From: Chloroflexota bacterium
GTDB lineage: Bacteria; Chloroflexota; Anaerolineae; Anaerolineales; VGOW01
Direction: 5' to 3'
Assembly (NCBI GenBank): GCA_016875735.1
Contig: VGOW01000013.1
Span: 3,564-67,563 of the forward strand
DNA length: 64,000 nt
The translations under genes and the position numbers were made by a program. The notes under the pieces are model-generated. The model saw only the letters and a program-made list of their open reading frames with translations. It was not told the DNA's origin and did no database searches. How positions within the stretch are numbered: position 1 is the first letter of the stretch; each line of letters starts with the position of its first letter. Below are positions 27,374-36,554 of the stretch, piece by piece.

Positions 27374-28140
27374 GGGTCGTTGTTCATTTCGTAAACGATT
27401 CTCAATCCGTCCAACGTGAGCCACGGGGCGATGATTTGAATCACGTCGGTTTCTTTGGCGATGAGTTCGGCCAGCCCGCCGGTGCCGATCACTTTCATGT
27501 TGGGACCGAGTTCGGCGCGGAAGCGGGCAACCATTCCTTCGACCAGCCCGACATAGCCGAACAGCAATCCGGATTGCATCGAGTGGACGGTGTTGCGCCC
27601 GATGGCCGTGGGCGGTCGGGCGAGATCGACGCGGGGAAGTTTGGAGGCGCGGTGGAAGAGGGCGTCGGCGGCGATGCCGATGCCGGGCGCGATGGCCCCG
27701 CCGAGGTATTCGCCCGTTTCGGAAATGGCGTCGAACGTGGTGGCGGTGCCAAAATCCACACTGCACGCCGGGCCGCCGTAAAGTTTGCAGATCGCCGCCG
27801 CGTCCACGATCCGATCCGCGCCGACTTGTTTGGGATCATCGTAGCGAACGCGCACGCCGGTTTTGACTCCGGCTTCGACGACGAGCGGGTCGCATTGGAG
27901 ATACTGTTTGCACACTTGCGCCCACGTTCCGGTGAGCGGCGGCACGACGGAGGCCATAGCGATGGCGGTCACGTCGCCGGATTGGAAGCCGCTGTGATTG
28001 AGCAGGCCGATGAGTTGGATGCCGTATTCGTCGGGCATGCGTTCGTGCACGGTGGCCAGCCGCCAGCGCGGCCCGAGCCGCTCGCCTTCGTAGAGGCCGA
28101 GCGTGATGTTGGTGTTGCCGATGTCGATGGCCAGAAGCAT
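27370..28140 (-). CDS. coaX: Type III pantothenate kinase
   Basis: 'MLLAIDIGNTNITLG', 'DFGTATTFD'. Confidence 0.9.
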   Translation of the reverse strand: MLLAIDIGNTNITLGLYEGERLGPRWRLATVHERMPDEYGIQLIGLLNHSGFQSGDVTAIAMASVVPPLTGTWAQVCKQYLQCDPLVVEAGVKTGVRVRYDDPKQVGADRIVDAAAICKLYGGPACSVDFGTATTFDAISETGEYLGGAIAPGIGIAADALFHRASKLPRVDLARPPTAIGRNTVHSMQSGLLFGYVGLVEGMVARFRAELGPNMKVIGTGGLAELIAKETDVIQIIAPWLTLDGLRIVYEMNNDP

Positions 28141-28145
28141 GATCA

Positions 28146-28200
28146 ACTCCAAACTTCAAAGTCCAAACCTCAAATTGGGAGTTTGAAGTTTGGAGTTTGG
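28146..28200. repeat. Heptamer-word hairpin ('caaactt' family), inverted copy of 18373-18440
   Basis: 'actccaaacttcaaagtccaaacctcaaattgggagtttgaagtttggagtttgg'. It encodes the panC C-terminal tail. Confidence 0.9.
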
Positions 28201-29037
28201 TGTTTCTGTGAGAAGAAAGTTGTCAATCAATCTCGTGTTCCCAATCCTCACCGCCAATGATAACAGCGCGCCGCGTTCGACGGTTTGCAGTTCGGCCAAT
28301 GTGTCGGGGTCGGCGGCGGAGACGTAATCGATTTGGGCCAGCGGCTCGACGGCGATGGCCGAGGCCATGATAGCGCGCAGTGAGTCGCCGCGGCGCTCGC
28401 CGCTGTCGTAAGCATGTTTTGCGGCGCAGAGGGCGCGATACAGCACGGCGGCGGTCTGCCGCTCTTGGGGGTTGAGGTATACGTTGCGGCTGCTCATCGC
28501 CAGCCCATCCGGTTCGCGCACGGTGGGGCAGACGACGATCTCCAGCGGGAAGTTGAGATCGGCGGCCATGCGTTTGACGACGACCACCTGCTGGGCATCT
28601 TTCTGCCCGAAGTAGGCGCGATGGGGCGTGAAGGCATTGAACAGTTTGGCGACGACGGTGGCGACTCCGCGAAAGTGGCCGGGGCGGCGTTCGCCCTCGA
28701 GGGGCCGCGCCACTTCTTCGACCGAAATGTAAGTTTGGTATCCGGGCGGATAGACGATGTCCGGTGTCGGCGTCCACACCAGATGGACGCCTTCGTTGTC
28801 GAGCAATTGCAGATCGCGTTCGAGGGAGTGGGGGTATTTGCTCAAGTCTTCGTTGGGATTGAACTGGGCCGGGTTCACGAAAATGCTCACGCCCACGTGA
28901 TCGTTTTCGGCTTTGGCCCGGCGCACGAGCGAGAGATGCCCCTCGTGAAGCGCGCCCATGGTGGGCACGAGGCCGAGCGTGCCCGATAAGGTTTGGCGTT
29001 CGCGGCGAAGATCGGTGACGGCGGATACGGTTTTCAT
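28156..29037 (-). CDS. panC: Pantoate-beta-alanine ligase
   Basis: 293 aa. 'PTMGALHEGHLSLV'. The C-terminal '..TPNSKLQTPNLRFGL' is encoded by the repeat. Confidence 0.92.
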   Translation of the reverse strand: MKTVSAVTDLRRERQTLSGTLGLVPTMGALHEGHLSLVRRAKAENDHVGVSIFVNPAQFNPNEDLSKYPHSLERDLQLLDNEGVHLVWTPTPDIVYPPGYQTYISVEEVARPLEGERRPGHFRGVATVVAKLFNAFTPHRAYFGQKDAQQVVVVKRMAADLNFPLEIVVCPTVREPDGLAMSSRNVYLNPQERQTAAVLYRALCAAKHAYDSGERRGDSLRAIMASAIAVEPLAQIDYVSAADPDTLAELQTVERGALLSLAVRIGNTRLIDNFLLTETPNSKLQTPNLRFGL

Positions 29038-29859
29038 TATTGGCCGGCAGGATCGATCAGCACCAGCGTCCCCAGTCGAATCGTGTTATCCACAACCGCT
29101 TGGCCGCCGGCGTCCACGACGTTGAGGCGCGCGAGTGACGGCCATTCATACAGGCCGGTGTAAACGTCGTACTGGCCCGGCGGCAAATCGCTGGGTAGTT
29201 CATCCATCAAATCGACTCCGCTCGGCCAATCGGACACGGGGAAGCCGCCGCCGAAGGGTTGCTGATCGTTTGTGTAAACGGCCTGCCCATTGCCAATGAG
29301 GTGCAGGAATTGAATGGGGTCGCTGGCAAATGCGTTGCTCTTGCGCCACCAGAATTTGAGATCCAACTCTCCGCCGGAGGCGGCTTGATTGGGCAATGAA
29401 TGTGCCCGCCGCCAGCATCAATCCCACCGAAGCATAAACTGCTTTGAATTGATCCAACCCTATCGCCACCGCGAGCGATTCGTGAAACATGAAGAAATCG
29501 TCCACGCCCAAGAAAAAGCAGACCGCGGCCAGCGCCCACCAATACGTCCGGTATCTCAACTTATAAGGCGCGCTATGAAAGCCAGCGAGTCCGGCGGCGA
29601 CGCTCAGCGCAATCAACTGGGCCGAAGAAAAGAGGGTCCCGGCGTTCAGTTCACCGTGCGTATAGAAGAACCACCCCCAGAATGCTCCCATGTATATCCG
29701 CCACACATCGCATAGGCCCAGCGCCGCTTCAACGGAAACAAGCGTGAGGAATGCGCGCCGCGCAAACAACGGCAGGGATTTGGAGGCGAACATGGAATTG
29801 GCCGCAAAAAACATTACGAACACGATGGAGGCGGCCACCGTAAATTGGGCGGGAGACAT
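29037..29859 (-). pseudogene. Membrane protein with extracytoplasmic beta-rich module, apparently split by a +1 frameshift near 29388
   Basis: ORF 29200-29859 gives about 155 aa of TM segments. ORF 29037-29396 (TTG start, no signal peptide) carries the module found at the C-termini of the GT-C proteins. Deleting one base would give '..GTFIAQ|QAASGGELDLKFWW..'. Confidence 0.4.
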
Positions 29860-29907
29860 CGGGGAATGGACTCCGGGTTCTCTTTGGGAAGTATGACGCC
29901 GAGTCGC

Positions 29908-30810
29908 TCAGGCCAATGTTGTTCTCAATGCGCGCACCAGCTTCCACAAAGTCTCGTTCACCGGCGCGTTCATTTTCACCGTCTGAGCCTCGCGCACGAC
30001 AGCGCCATTAATGGCATCGATCTCCGTTGGCGCACCGCGCAGTATATCCTGAAACATTGAAGAGCGATTGGAGGCGGTGGCACGGGCTACTTCGCGGGCG
30101 CGCGCCGCCGCATCGGGGAACGGGAGAGCGATACCCTTTGCGGCGGCGACGGCGGCAACTTCGCGCGCGGCGGCATCCATCACCGCCAGCGCATCGGGCC
30201 GGTTGAGCAGTTCGCCGTTGGGCACGCGCAGAATCGCCGTGAGCGGATTGATGGCGGCGTTGATGGCCAGTTTGCCCCACACGAGCGATTGAAGATCAGA
30301 AGGCGGCGAGGAGTGAATGTCAAAATTGGCGGCGCGCAGAAGATCAAACAGCGGCCCGAGTCGCGGATGCTCGGCGATGTGTGTTACCCCGCGACCGCCC
30401 TCGCGCGCGTGGCCGGGGCCAATAAGTGTTGCGCCCTGCGTGGTCACTCCGAGCGCCGCGCGCTCTGCGCCCAACTCGGCGGCCAGCGTTTCGAAATTGC
30501 CCAGCCCATTTTGCAGGGTGAGGGCGACTCCATCGGGCGCGAGAAATGTTTTGATCTGACTCGCCGCCTTCGCCGTCTGCCACGCTTTGACCAGCACAAT
30601 GGCGATACTCGCTCCGGCGCACTCAACGGGATTCGCGGTGGCGGCGACACGCACGGAGTCGGCGCCCGGCCCGGAGTCAACGTGGACGCCGTCTCGGTTG
30701 ATCGCGGTGACGGCGTCCATCCACGAGCCAAGCATCGTGATCGGCGCGAGACGCCCCAGCCGTGCGGCGACCAGAGTCGCCATCGCGCCCGTGCCAACGA
30801 CTGTGATCAT
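29908..30810 (-). CDS. panE: 2-dehydropantoate 2-reductase
   Basis: Start at 'MITVVGTGAMA' (30810). Ketopantoate reductase-like throughout. Confidence 0.85.
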   Translation of the reverse strand: MITVVGTGAMATLVAARLGRLAPITMLGSWMDAVTAINRDGVHVDSGPGADSVRVAATANPVECAGASIAIVLVKAWQTAKAASQIKTFLAPDGVALTLQNGLGNFETLAAELGAERAALGVTTQGATLIGPGHAREGGRGVTHIAEHPRLGPLFDLLRAANFDIHSSPPSDLQSLVWGKLAINAAINPLTAILRVPNGELLNRPDALAVMDAAAREVAAVAAAKGIALPFPDAAARAREVARATASNRSSMFQDILRGAPTEIDAINGAVVREAQTVKMNAPVNETLWKLVRALRTTLA

Positions 30811-30814
30811 GTTC

Positions 30815-30901
30815 CTGACAAGATGGCAGGGTGAGGGGATGACAAGATGATCAGGGTTGAAACGATCATCTTGCCATCGTGTCACCCATTCATCTTGTCA
30901 A
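30815..30901. repeat. Octamer-word hairpin ('gacaagat' family)
   Basis: 'ctgacaagatggcagggtgaggggatgacaagatgatcaggg ttgaaac gatcatcttgccatcgtgtcacccattcatcttgtcaac'. Confidence 0.8.
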
Positions 30902-31783
30902 CGGGAGTTCCATCTCGCCTTCGAGTTCAGCCAGCAACGCTTGCCACTCATCGTCGGGCATCGGGTAAACGTGCGCCTCGGCCGGGAAGCGCCGCGCGAT
31001 GACATCCGCTTTGTATTCGGCGAAGGCGCGCAGCATCTCGCCGTGCATGTCCGCATACTTCTTGACGAACTTCGGCGTGAAGCGGTCGAACAGCCCCAGC
31101 ATATCGTGGCTCACCAGCACCTGCCCATCGCACCCGGCCCCCGCGCCGATGCCGATGGTGGGGATGCTGAGTTTGCGCGAGATCAGCTCGGCCACCCGGT
31201 CGGGAATGGCTTCGAGCACAACGGCAAAGCATCCGGCGTCTTCGAGAATGAGCGCATCGTCGATGAGGCGATGCGCGGCGCGCGCCGTGCGCCCCTGCGC
31301 TTTGTATCCGCCGAGTTTGTGAACCGATTGCGGCGTGAGTCCGATATGGCCGAGCGCCGGGATGCCAACGTTGACGATGGCCTCTGCGGTGGAGGCCGCC
31401 TCGCGGCCCCCTTCCAATTTCACTGCGTCCATCCCGCCTTCAGCCAAGAAGCGCCCCGCGTTGCGAACCGCTTCCTGCGTCGAAACCTGATACGACATGA
31501 AGGGCATATCGCCGATGAGCAGAGGCGCTTTCGCGCCGCGCGCCACCGCTTTGCAGTGATGAAGCATATCCTCCATCGTCACCGACAGCGTGTTCTCGTA
31601 GCCCAGCACAACCATGCCGAGCGAATCGCCCACCAGCAGGCAATCGATCCCGGCGCGGTCGGCGGCCAGCGCGGTGGCATAATCGTAAGCAGTGAGCACC
31701 GTGACCGGCTCGCCCTGCTCTTTGCGCTGGCGAAACGTAAGAGTGGTTATTTTCTTGCGATCAGAAGTGGGTTGGGCAGACAT
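30890..31783 (-). CDS. panB: 3-methyl-2-oxobutanoate hydroxymethyltransferase
   Basis: Start at 'MSAQPTSD' (31783) after 'aaggagaag'. 'LLVGDSLGMVVLGY'. Confidence 0.92.
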   Translation of the reverse strand: MSAQPTSDRKKITTLTFRQRKEQGEPVTVLTAYDYATALAADRAGIDCLLVGDSLGMVVLGYENTLSVTMEDMLHHCKAVARGAKAPLLIGDMPFMSYQVSTQEAVRNAGRFLAEGGMDAVKLEGGREAASTAEAIVNVGIPALGHIGLTPQSVHKLGGYKAQGRTARAAHRLIDDALILEDAGCFAVVLEAIPDRVAELISRKLSIPTIGIGAGAGCDGQVLVSHDMLGLFDRFTPKFVKKYADMHGEMLRAFAEYKADVIARRFPAEAHVYPMPDDEWQALLAELEGEMELPLTR

Positions 31784-31903
31784 GGCTTTCTTCTCCTTTC
31801 GAGTAAGATGCCCGTTCGAGGATGGGTGGTTGAGTGTTGCTGTCGTCTCGTTCGCATGAAGCGATGCGAGCGACGCCCAAATTGTAGCACGAATAGATGC
31901 CTC

Positions 31904-31934
31904 TTGACTCTCCCCCTGCGGGAGGCTGTATAAC
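31904..31934 (+). promoter_or_regulatory. MerR-type promoter: TTGACT, 19-bp spacer with dyad, TATAAC
   Basis: 'ttgact ctccccctgcgggaggctg tataac'. The spacer contains 'ctccc..gggag'. It lies 24 nt upstream of the MerR-family gene. Confidence 0.55.
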
Positions 31935-31958
31935 AAGATCGATCCGCGGAGAACACAC

Positions 31959-32774
31959 ATGATCAGAATTGGAGACTTCTCAAAACTCAGTCAGGTAACG
32001 GTGAAGGCGCTCAGGCTTTACGATGAGAGAGGGTTGCTCAGGCCCGCTCGGGTTGACGACTTCACTGGCTACCGCTACTACTCGGCAGATCAACTGCCCC
32101 GACTCAACCGCATTCTCGCCCTCAAAGATTTGGGCTTCTCGCTGGAGCAGATCGCGCAGCTGCTGAAGGATGATCTGCTCGTTGAACAACTGCGCGGAAT
32201 GCTCAAGATGAAGCGGGCCGAGATCGAACAGCGGCTCGAAGATGAGCAGGAGCGGTTGGCGCGAGTGGAAGCGCGGTTGAGGCAAATAGAAAGAGAGAAC
32301 GAAATGTCCAACTATGAGATCGTCATCAAGAAAATCGAGCCGGTGCGGGTCGCCGCCGTCCGCGACACGATTCCCGCATACAGCCAGCAAGGCGGCCTGT
32401 GGAACGAACTTTACGCGCAAGTCGGCCAATACGGCGCCCAATTTGCCGGGCCGGCCCTCACCGTCTACTACGATGAAGAGTACAAGGAGCGCGATGTGGA
32501 TGTCGAAGTGTGCCAGCCCATTCACGGCTCAACGCCTGCGCACGGGCGGGTGAAGGTGCACGATCTGCCCGGCGGCGCGATGGCGTCCGCGGTGCACAAT
32601 GGAGCGTACAACCGCATCGGTCAGGCCTACGAAGCGATAACCCGCTGGGTCGAAGCCAACGGCTACAAGATCGCTGGCCCTATCCGCGAGCTATACCTGC
32701 GCGCCAGCCAGCCCGTTCGCCAAGACGACGAATCGTGCGTAACCGAGATCCAATTCCCGGTAGAGAAGGTGTGA
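31959..32774 (+). CDS. MerR-family transcriptional regulator with GyrI-like effector-binding domain
   Basis: 271 aa. HTH 'IGDFSKLSQVTVKALRLYDERGLL', a coiled-coil, and a GyrI-like C-terminus. Confidence 0.85.
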   Translation: MIRIGDFSKLSQVTVKALRLYDERGLLRPARVDDFTGYRYYSADQLPRLNRILALKDLGFSLEQIAQLLKDDLLVEQLRGMLKMKRAEIEQRLEDEQERLARVEARLRQIERENEMSNYEIVIKKIEPVRVAAVRDTIPAYSQQGGLWNELYAQVGQYGAQFAGPALTVYYDEEYKERDVDVEVCQPIHGSTPAHGRVKVHDLPGGAMASAVHNGAYNRIGQAYEAITRWVEANGYKIAGPIRELYLRASQPVRQDDESCVTEIQFPVEKV

Positions 32775-32850
32775 TTGCCCTGCAGGCTCTCCATGCAGTT
32801 TGGAAAGCCCGCATCGTGGAAGTGGGCAACAGCCTAAAAAGGATCAGGCC

Positions 32851-33075
32851 ATGAGCAGAAGAATAAAGATCACACTCGGCGCCATCGCTATTGGAGTTGT
32901 TCTGATCGCCGCTGCCGCTGGCGTTCTCTGGTATGTGATGGGGCAGCCGTTGTACAAGCCGGGCATGGTGCGCGCCGGAGAAAACCTGAGTGCGCCGTTG
33001 GCCCCGCCGCCGCAGTCATCCAGCGAATCGCTCTGGATAGTGGAAAGCGGCATCCAATTGCATCATTGTCTGTAA
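32851..33075 (+). pseudogene. N-terminal fragment of a membrane-anchored protein, cut off at the IS200 insertion
   Basis: 74-aa ORF with a TM anchor that ends 5 nt before the IS left-end hairpin. Identity of the original gene is not established. Confidence 0.35.
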
Positions 33076-33077
33076 AT

Positions 33078-33640
33078 TGGGTTGAAACCCCTGCCTTTAG
33101 GCAGGCCGTTTTCAACCCCCCGCTGGGCTTCGGTTAGAATTCTGGCATGAGTTATCGAAAAACTTCCCATGCCGTCTATGACTTGAAGTATCACGTGGTC
33201 TGGATTACCAAGTATCGCAAACCAGTCTTGCGAGGCGCGATCGGCAAACGCCTGCGCGAATTGATTCGCCAGACGTGTGACTCGCTGGAGGTCTACATTG
33301 AGAAAGGCCACATCGCCACTGACCATATTCACCTGTTGGTCTCGGTTCCGCCGCAGATTTCGGTCAGCGACCTGATGCAGCGCTTGAAGGGTCGCAGTAG
33401 TCGGCGGATGCTGGATGAGTTTGGCGAACTGAAGAAACAGTTTTGGGGTCAGCATCTGTGGGCGCGGGGCTACTTTGCGGCCAGTTCGGGGAACGTGACC
33501 GATGAGATTATCCGGCAGCACATTGAGTCGCAAGGTGAAACATTCCTTCGGATGACAGCGATTTTCGGGTTGGCGAACTTTAGGCGCGTTTCACGCGCAG
33601 TTTGAAGCCACCCGCTTTAGTGGGTGGTCCGTTGACTTTG
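33078..33640 (+). mobile_element. IS200/IS605-family insertion sequence (tnpA only)
   Basis: Y1 transposase flanked by subterminal hairpins 'gttgaaacccctgcctttaggcaggccgttttcaac' (33081-33117) and 'ccacccgctttagtgggtgg' (33608-33628). Exact ends are not determined. Confidence 0.8.
33147..33605 (+). CDS. tnpA: IS200-type HUH/Y1 transposase
   Basis: 152 aa. 'YDLKYHVVWITKYR', HUH 'HIHLLVSVPP', catalytic Tyr context 'RGYFAASSG'. Confidence 0.9.
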   Translation: MSYRKTSHAVYDLKYHVVWITKYRKPVLRGAIGKRLRELIRQTCDSLEVYIEKGHIATDHIHLLVSVPPQISVSDLMQRLKGRSSRRMLDEFGELKKQFWGQHLWARGYFAASSGNVTDEIIRQHIESQGETFLRMTAIFGLANFRRVSRAV

Positions 33641-33699
33641 TCATTCCGCATCGCGGGTTGCGTCAACGGCTTGAACAACCGCAACCGACGAACGGACCC

Positions 33700-33819
33700 A
33701 AAGGTTCACCGAAAAAGTGGATTGAACGGACACCCGCGATGGCCGCCGGTCTCACCGACCACATTTGGACGATGGATGAGTTGTTGAGTTTTCGTGTGCC
33801 GCCCAAATCCATGTGGTGA
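33700..33819 (+). pseudogene. C-terminal remnant of a second, unrelated transposase
   Basis: The frame ending at 33819 reads '..PKKWIERTPAMAAGLTDHIWTMDELLSFRVPPKSMW*'. This tail motif is common to several DDE transposase families. No upstream ORF. Confidence 0.5.
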
Positions 33820-33912
33820 AATCACTGAAATGTTCTCCGACCCGTTATAGGGACACTACCGTCACGCCGTTCATCCGGCAATTCTTCCGGAGATGCAAGT
33901 GTTCAACGCGCT

Positions 33913-34190
33913 GAGCGCCGGGAGTGATTCTGATGGACGAGCCGTGTTCGGCGCTCGATCCCATCGCCACGCTGAAGATCGAAGATTTGATGCGCGAGTT
34001 GAAAGAGCGTTACACGATCATCATCGTCACTCACAACATGCAGCAGGCCGCGCGCGTGTCCGATCTCACGGCCATGATGATGCTCACCGAAGATCGCAAG
34101 TCCGGAACGATCATCGAAGTGGGAGACACCCATGCCATGTTTACCCGGCCCAAAAACAAGCGAACGGAAGATTACGTGACCGATGCGTGA
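33913..34190 (+). pseudogene. pstB: pstB remnant (C-terminal third of the phosphate ABC ATPase)
   Basis: '[47 protein letters not shown]..' contains Walker B, D-loop and H-loop only. Walker A and the signature motif are missing. Confidence 0.8.
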
Positions 34191-34669
34191 AGGTTATCGC
34201 TACCCAACAACCGATGGCCACCGACCTGCGCACCATCGTCGCCGCGATGAACATTGTGAGCGACATCGAACGCATGGCCGATCACGCCGCCGGGATCGCC
34301 AAAGTGGTGGTGAAAATGGGCGGCGAGCCGCTGTTGAAGCCGCTCATCGACATCCCGCGCATGGCCGACGAATGCCGGGTGATGATCACCCGCGCTCTCG
34401 ACGCCTATGTTGCGCGGGACGCCGACTCGGCTCACGACGTTGCCGCCCGCGACGATGAGATCGACGAGCTGTATCAGCAGATATTCCGCGAACTGGTCAC
34501 CTTCATGCTCGAAGATCCGCGCGCGGTGTCGCGCGCGCTGTATTTGCTGTTCGCCGCGCACAACCTCGAGCGCATCGGCGACCGGGCGGTGAACATTGCC
34601 GAGCGGGTGATCTTCCTCACCAGCGGGGAGATGAAGGAACTCAATGCCGGGCCATTCGCGCCCATGTAA
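34187..34669 (+). pseudogene. phoU: phoU remnant lacking about the first 65 codons
   Basis: Homology begins at '[18 protein letters not shown]', which corresponds to about residue 65 of E. coli PhoU. It is joined out of frame to the pstB 3' end at 'gaccg'. Confidence 0.7.
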
Positions 34670-34719
34670 CTTTGCAACCCCACTGGCGCGCGCGCCGTAT
34701 TCAAGGTAAAGTATCCGGC

Positions 34720-36501
34720 ATGAGCGCGCAAACCCGCAATCGCATCCTCTTCACCGTTTACACGCTGTTCAGCGTCTGCGTTTTTGTGGCCGCGCTGGCC
34801 TATCCGCCCGTGCGCCCGCTGGCCCCTGCGCCCCTGCGCGACTGGCTCGGCGCGCAAACCTCCGCGCTCGTCAGTTCGTTCAATCTTCCCGCCGTGTTCG
34901 CCGGAAGGGTGACGATTGAAATCTCGTCGTCGAACACAAAAGAAGATTGGATGAACGCCGTCGCCGAGAAGTTCAACGCCGAACAGCACGCCATCGCTTC
35001 GGGCCAAATCATCGAAGTGAAAGTGGCGCACGTCACCTCGGGCGGATCGCAGAAGGCTATCCTCGACGGCAAGAGCACTCCCACCGTGTGGAGTCCGGGC
35101 GACCAGAGTTGGGTGGATGGCGCGAATGAAGTGTGGGTGGATCGAACCGGCCGCCCCCTCGTGCCCGATCTGTGCCCGCCCACCGTGCTGGCCCCCATCG
35201 GATTCTCCATGTGGAGGCCGATGGCCGAAACACTCGGCTGGCCCGATACCCCGATCAGTTGGGATGACATCGCCCGACTCTCCGCCGACCCCGAAGGCTG
35301 GGCGGCGCTCGGCCACCCCGAATGGGGCACGTTCAAGTTCGGCCATACCCATCCCGATTATTCCAACGTGGGCTTGCTGATGATGACCGCCCTCGCCTAT
35401 TCCATCGAGGGCAAAACCAGCGGCCTCACCGCCGACGAAGTCTATTCCGCCGATGTCACCGAAGCCTTCGCGGCAGTTGAGCTCAACACCTATCACTACG
35501 GCGTCCAAAACCGGCCGCTCATGCAAGTGCTGGCCCAGCGCGGGCCGCAATACCTGCATGCCGTCACCAGCAGCGAAGCCGAAACGCTAAAGACCAACGC
35601 TGAATTCGCCGACACAATGCGCTTCCCGCTCGTCTTCATTTTCCCCGCCAAAGGCACGTATTGGAGCGAACAGCCCTATTGCCTCCTCGACGCTGATTGG
35701 GTGACGCCCGAGCAACGGGAAGCCGCCGCCATCTTCCGCGACTATTTGCTCGCGCCCGATCAACAATCGTTGGCGGTTGACAATTATGTGCGCCCCATCG
35801 ATCAGAGCATTTCACTGCGCGCCCCGCTTTCGTTGGAGAACGGCGCCGATCCCCGTGTCACGCGCGACAGCGTGCCCGCCCTCGCAAGCCCCACTGCCGA
35901 AGTGGCCTCGGCGGTGAAAGACGTTTTCCATCAAACGAAAAGGAAGGCCACCGTGATGCTGGTGATCGACACCTCGGGAAGTATGGAAGGCGAGAAGATC
36001 AGAAACGCCATTACCAGTTCGGTGAACTTTGTGAAGCGGCTGCATCCCGACGACGAGATTTACGCCTTCGGATTCGGCTTTCCCGAATTTGTGGATTTGG
36101 GCGGCGGGCGCGCGGGTGACATCAGCGAAGGGCTGATCGACTCGCTCAACGGCATGTTCGCCAACGGCAACACGCCGCTGTACGATGCCGTGTGCGAGGC
36201 CACCAGCCGCATGAATCAACTGAAGGCCGACGACGAGGCCGATGGCGAGCGGCGGCTGTACGGCATCGTCCTGCTCTCCGATGGCGCCGACACCTCCAGC
36301 GCGCGTTCCGAGAATCAAATGTTCGATTGTTTGCCCAGCGGCGAAGACGCGGCCGGGATCAAAATCTTCACCATTGCCTACGGCGACGACGCCAACAAAG
36401 ACGTGCTCCTGCGCATCGCCAACCGCACCAACGGCAAAAACTTTGCCGGAGACCCGGAGACCATCGAGAGCGTTTACAATTCCATCTCGGCAGAACAGTG
36501 A
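34720..36501 (+). CDS. Membrane-anchored solute-binding-like domain plus von Willebrand factor A domain protein
   Basis: Start at 'MSAQTRNRILF'. C-terminal MIDAS 'VMLVIDTSGSMEG'. Confidence 0.7.
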   Translation: MSAQTRNRILFTVYTLFSVCVFVAALAYPPVRPLAPAPLRDWLGAQTSALVSSFNLPAVFAGRVTIEISSSNTKEDWMNAVAEKFNAEQHAIASGQIIEVKVAHVTSGGSQKAILDGKSTPTVWSPGDQSWVDGANEVWVDRTGRPLVPDLCPPTVLAPIGFSMWRPMAETLGWPDTPISWDDIARLSADPEGWAALGHPEWGTFKFGHTHPDYSNVGLLMMTALAYSIEGKTSGLTADEVYSADVTEAFAAVELNTYHYGVQNRPLMQVLAQRGPQYLHAVTSSEAETLKTNAEFADTMRFPLVFIFPAKGTYWSEQPYCLLDADWVTPEQREAAAIFRDYLLAPDQQSLAVDNYVRPIDQSISLRAPLSLENGADPRVTRDSVPALASPTAEVASAVKDVFHQTKRKATVMLVIDTSGSMEGEKIRNAITSSVNFVKRLHPDDEIYAFGFGFPEFVDLGGGRAGDISEGLIDSLNGMFANGNTPLYDAVCEATSRMNQLKADDEADGERRLYGIVLLSDGADTSSARSENQMFDCLPSGEDAAGIKIFTIAYGDDANKDVLLRIANRTNGKNFAGDPETIESVYNSISAEQ

Positions 36502-36504
36502 TGC

Positions 36505-36553
36505 AGTTTGAGTTTGAGTTATCAACTCAAACTCAAACCCCCAACTCCAACTC
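36505..36553. repeat. Heptamer-word hairpin ('caaactc' family)
   Basis: 'agtttgagtttgagttatcaactcaaactcaaacccccaactccaactc'. Confidence 0.8.
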
Positions 36554-36554
36554 T

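Noticed and set aside
26729-27766. 345-aa form of the methyltransferase ORF
   Set aside because: The upstream 131 codons are His/Arg-rich and overlap coaX in another frame. The methyltransferase fold starts after 'MNSEPSF' at 27373.
33893-34669. 258-aa track ORF treated as one intact protein
   Set aside because: Only its C-terminal two-thirds is PhoU-like. The N-terminal part is an out-of-frame reading across the pstB remnant. Annotated instead as two gene remnants.
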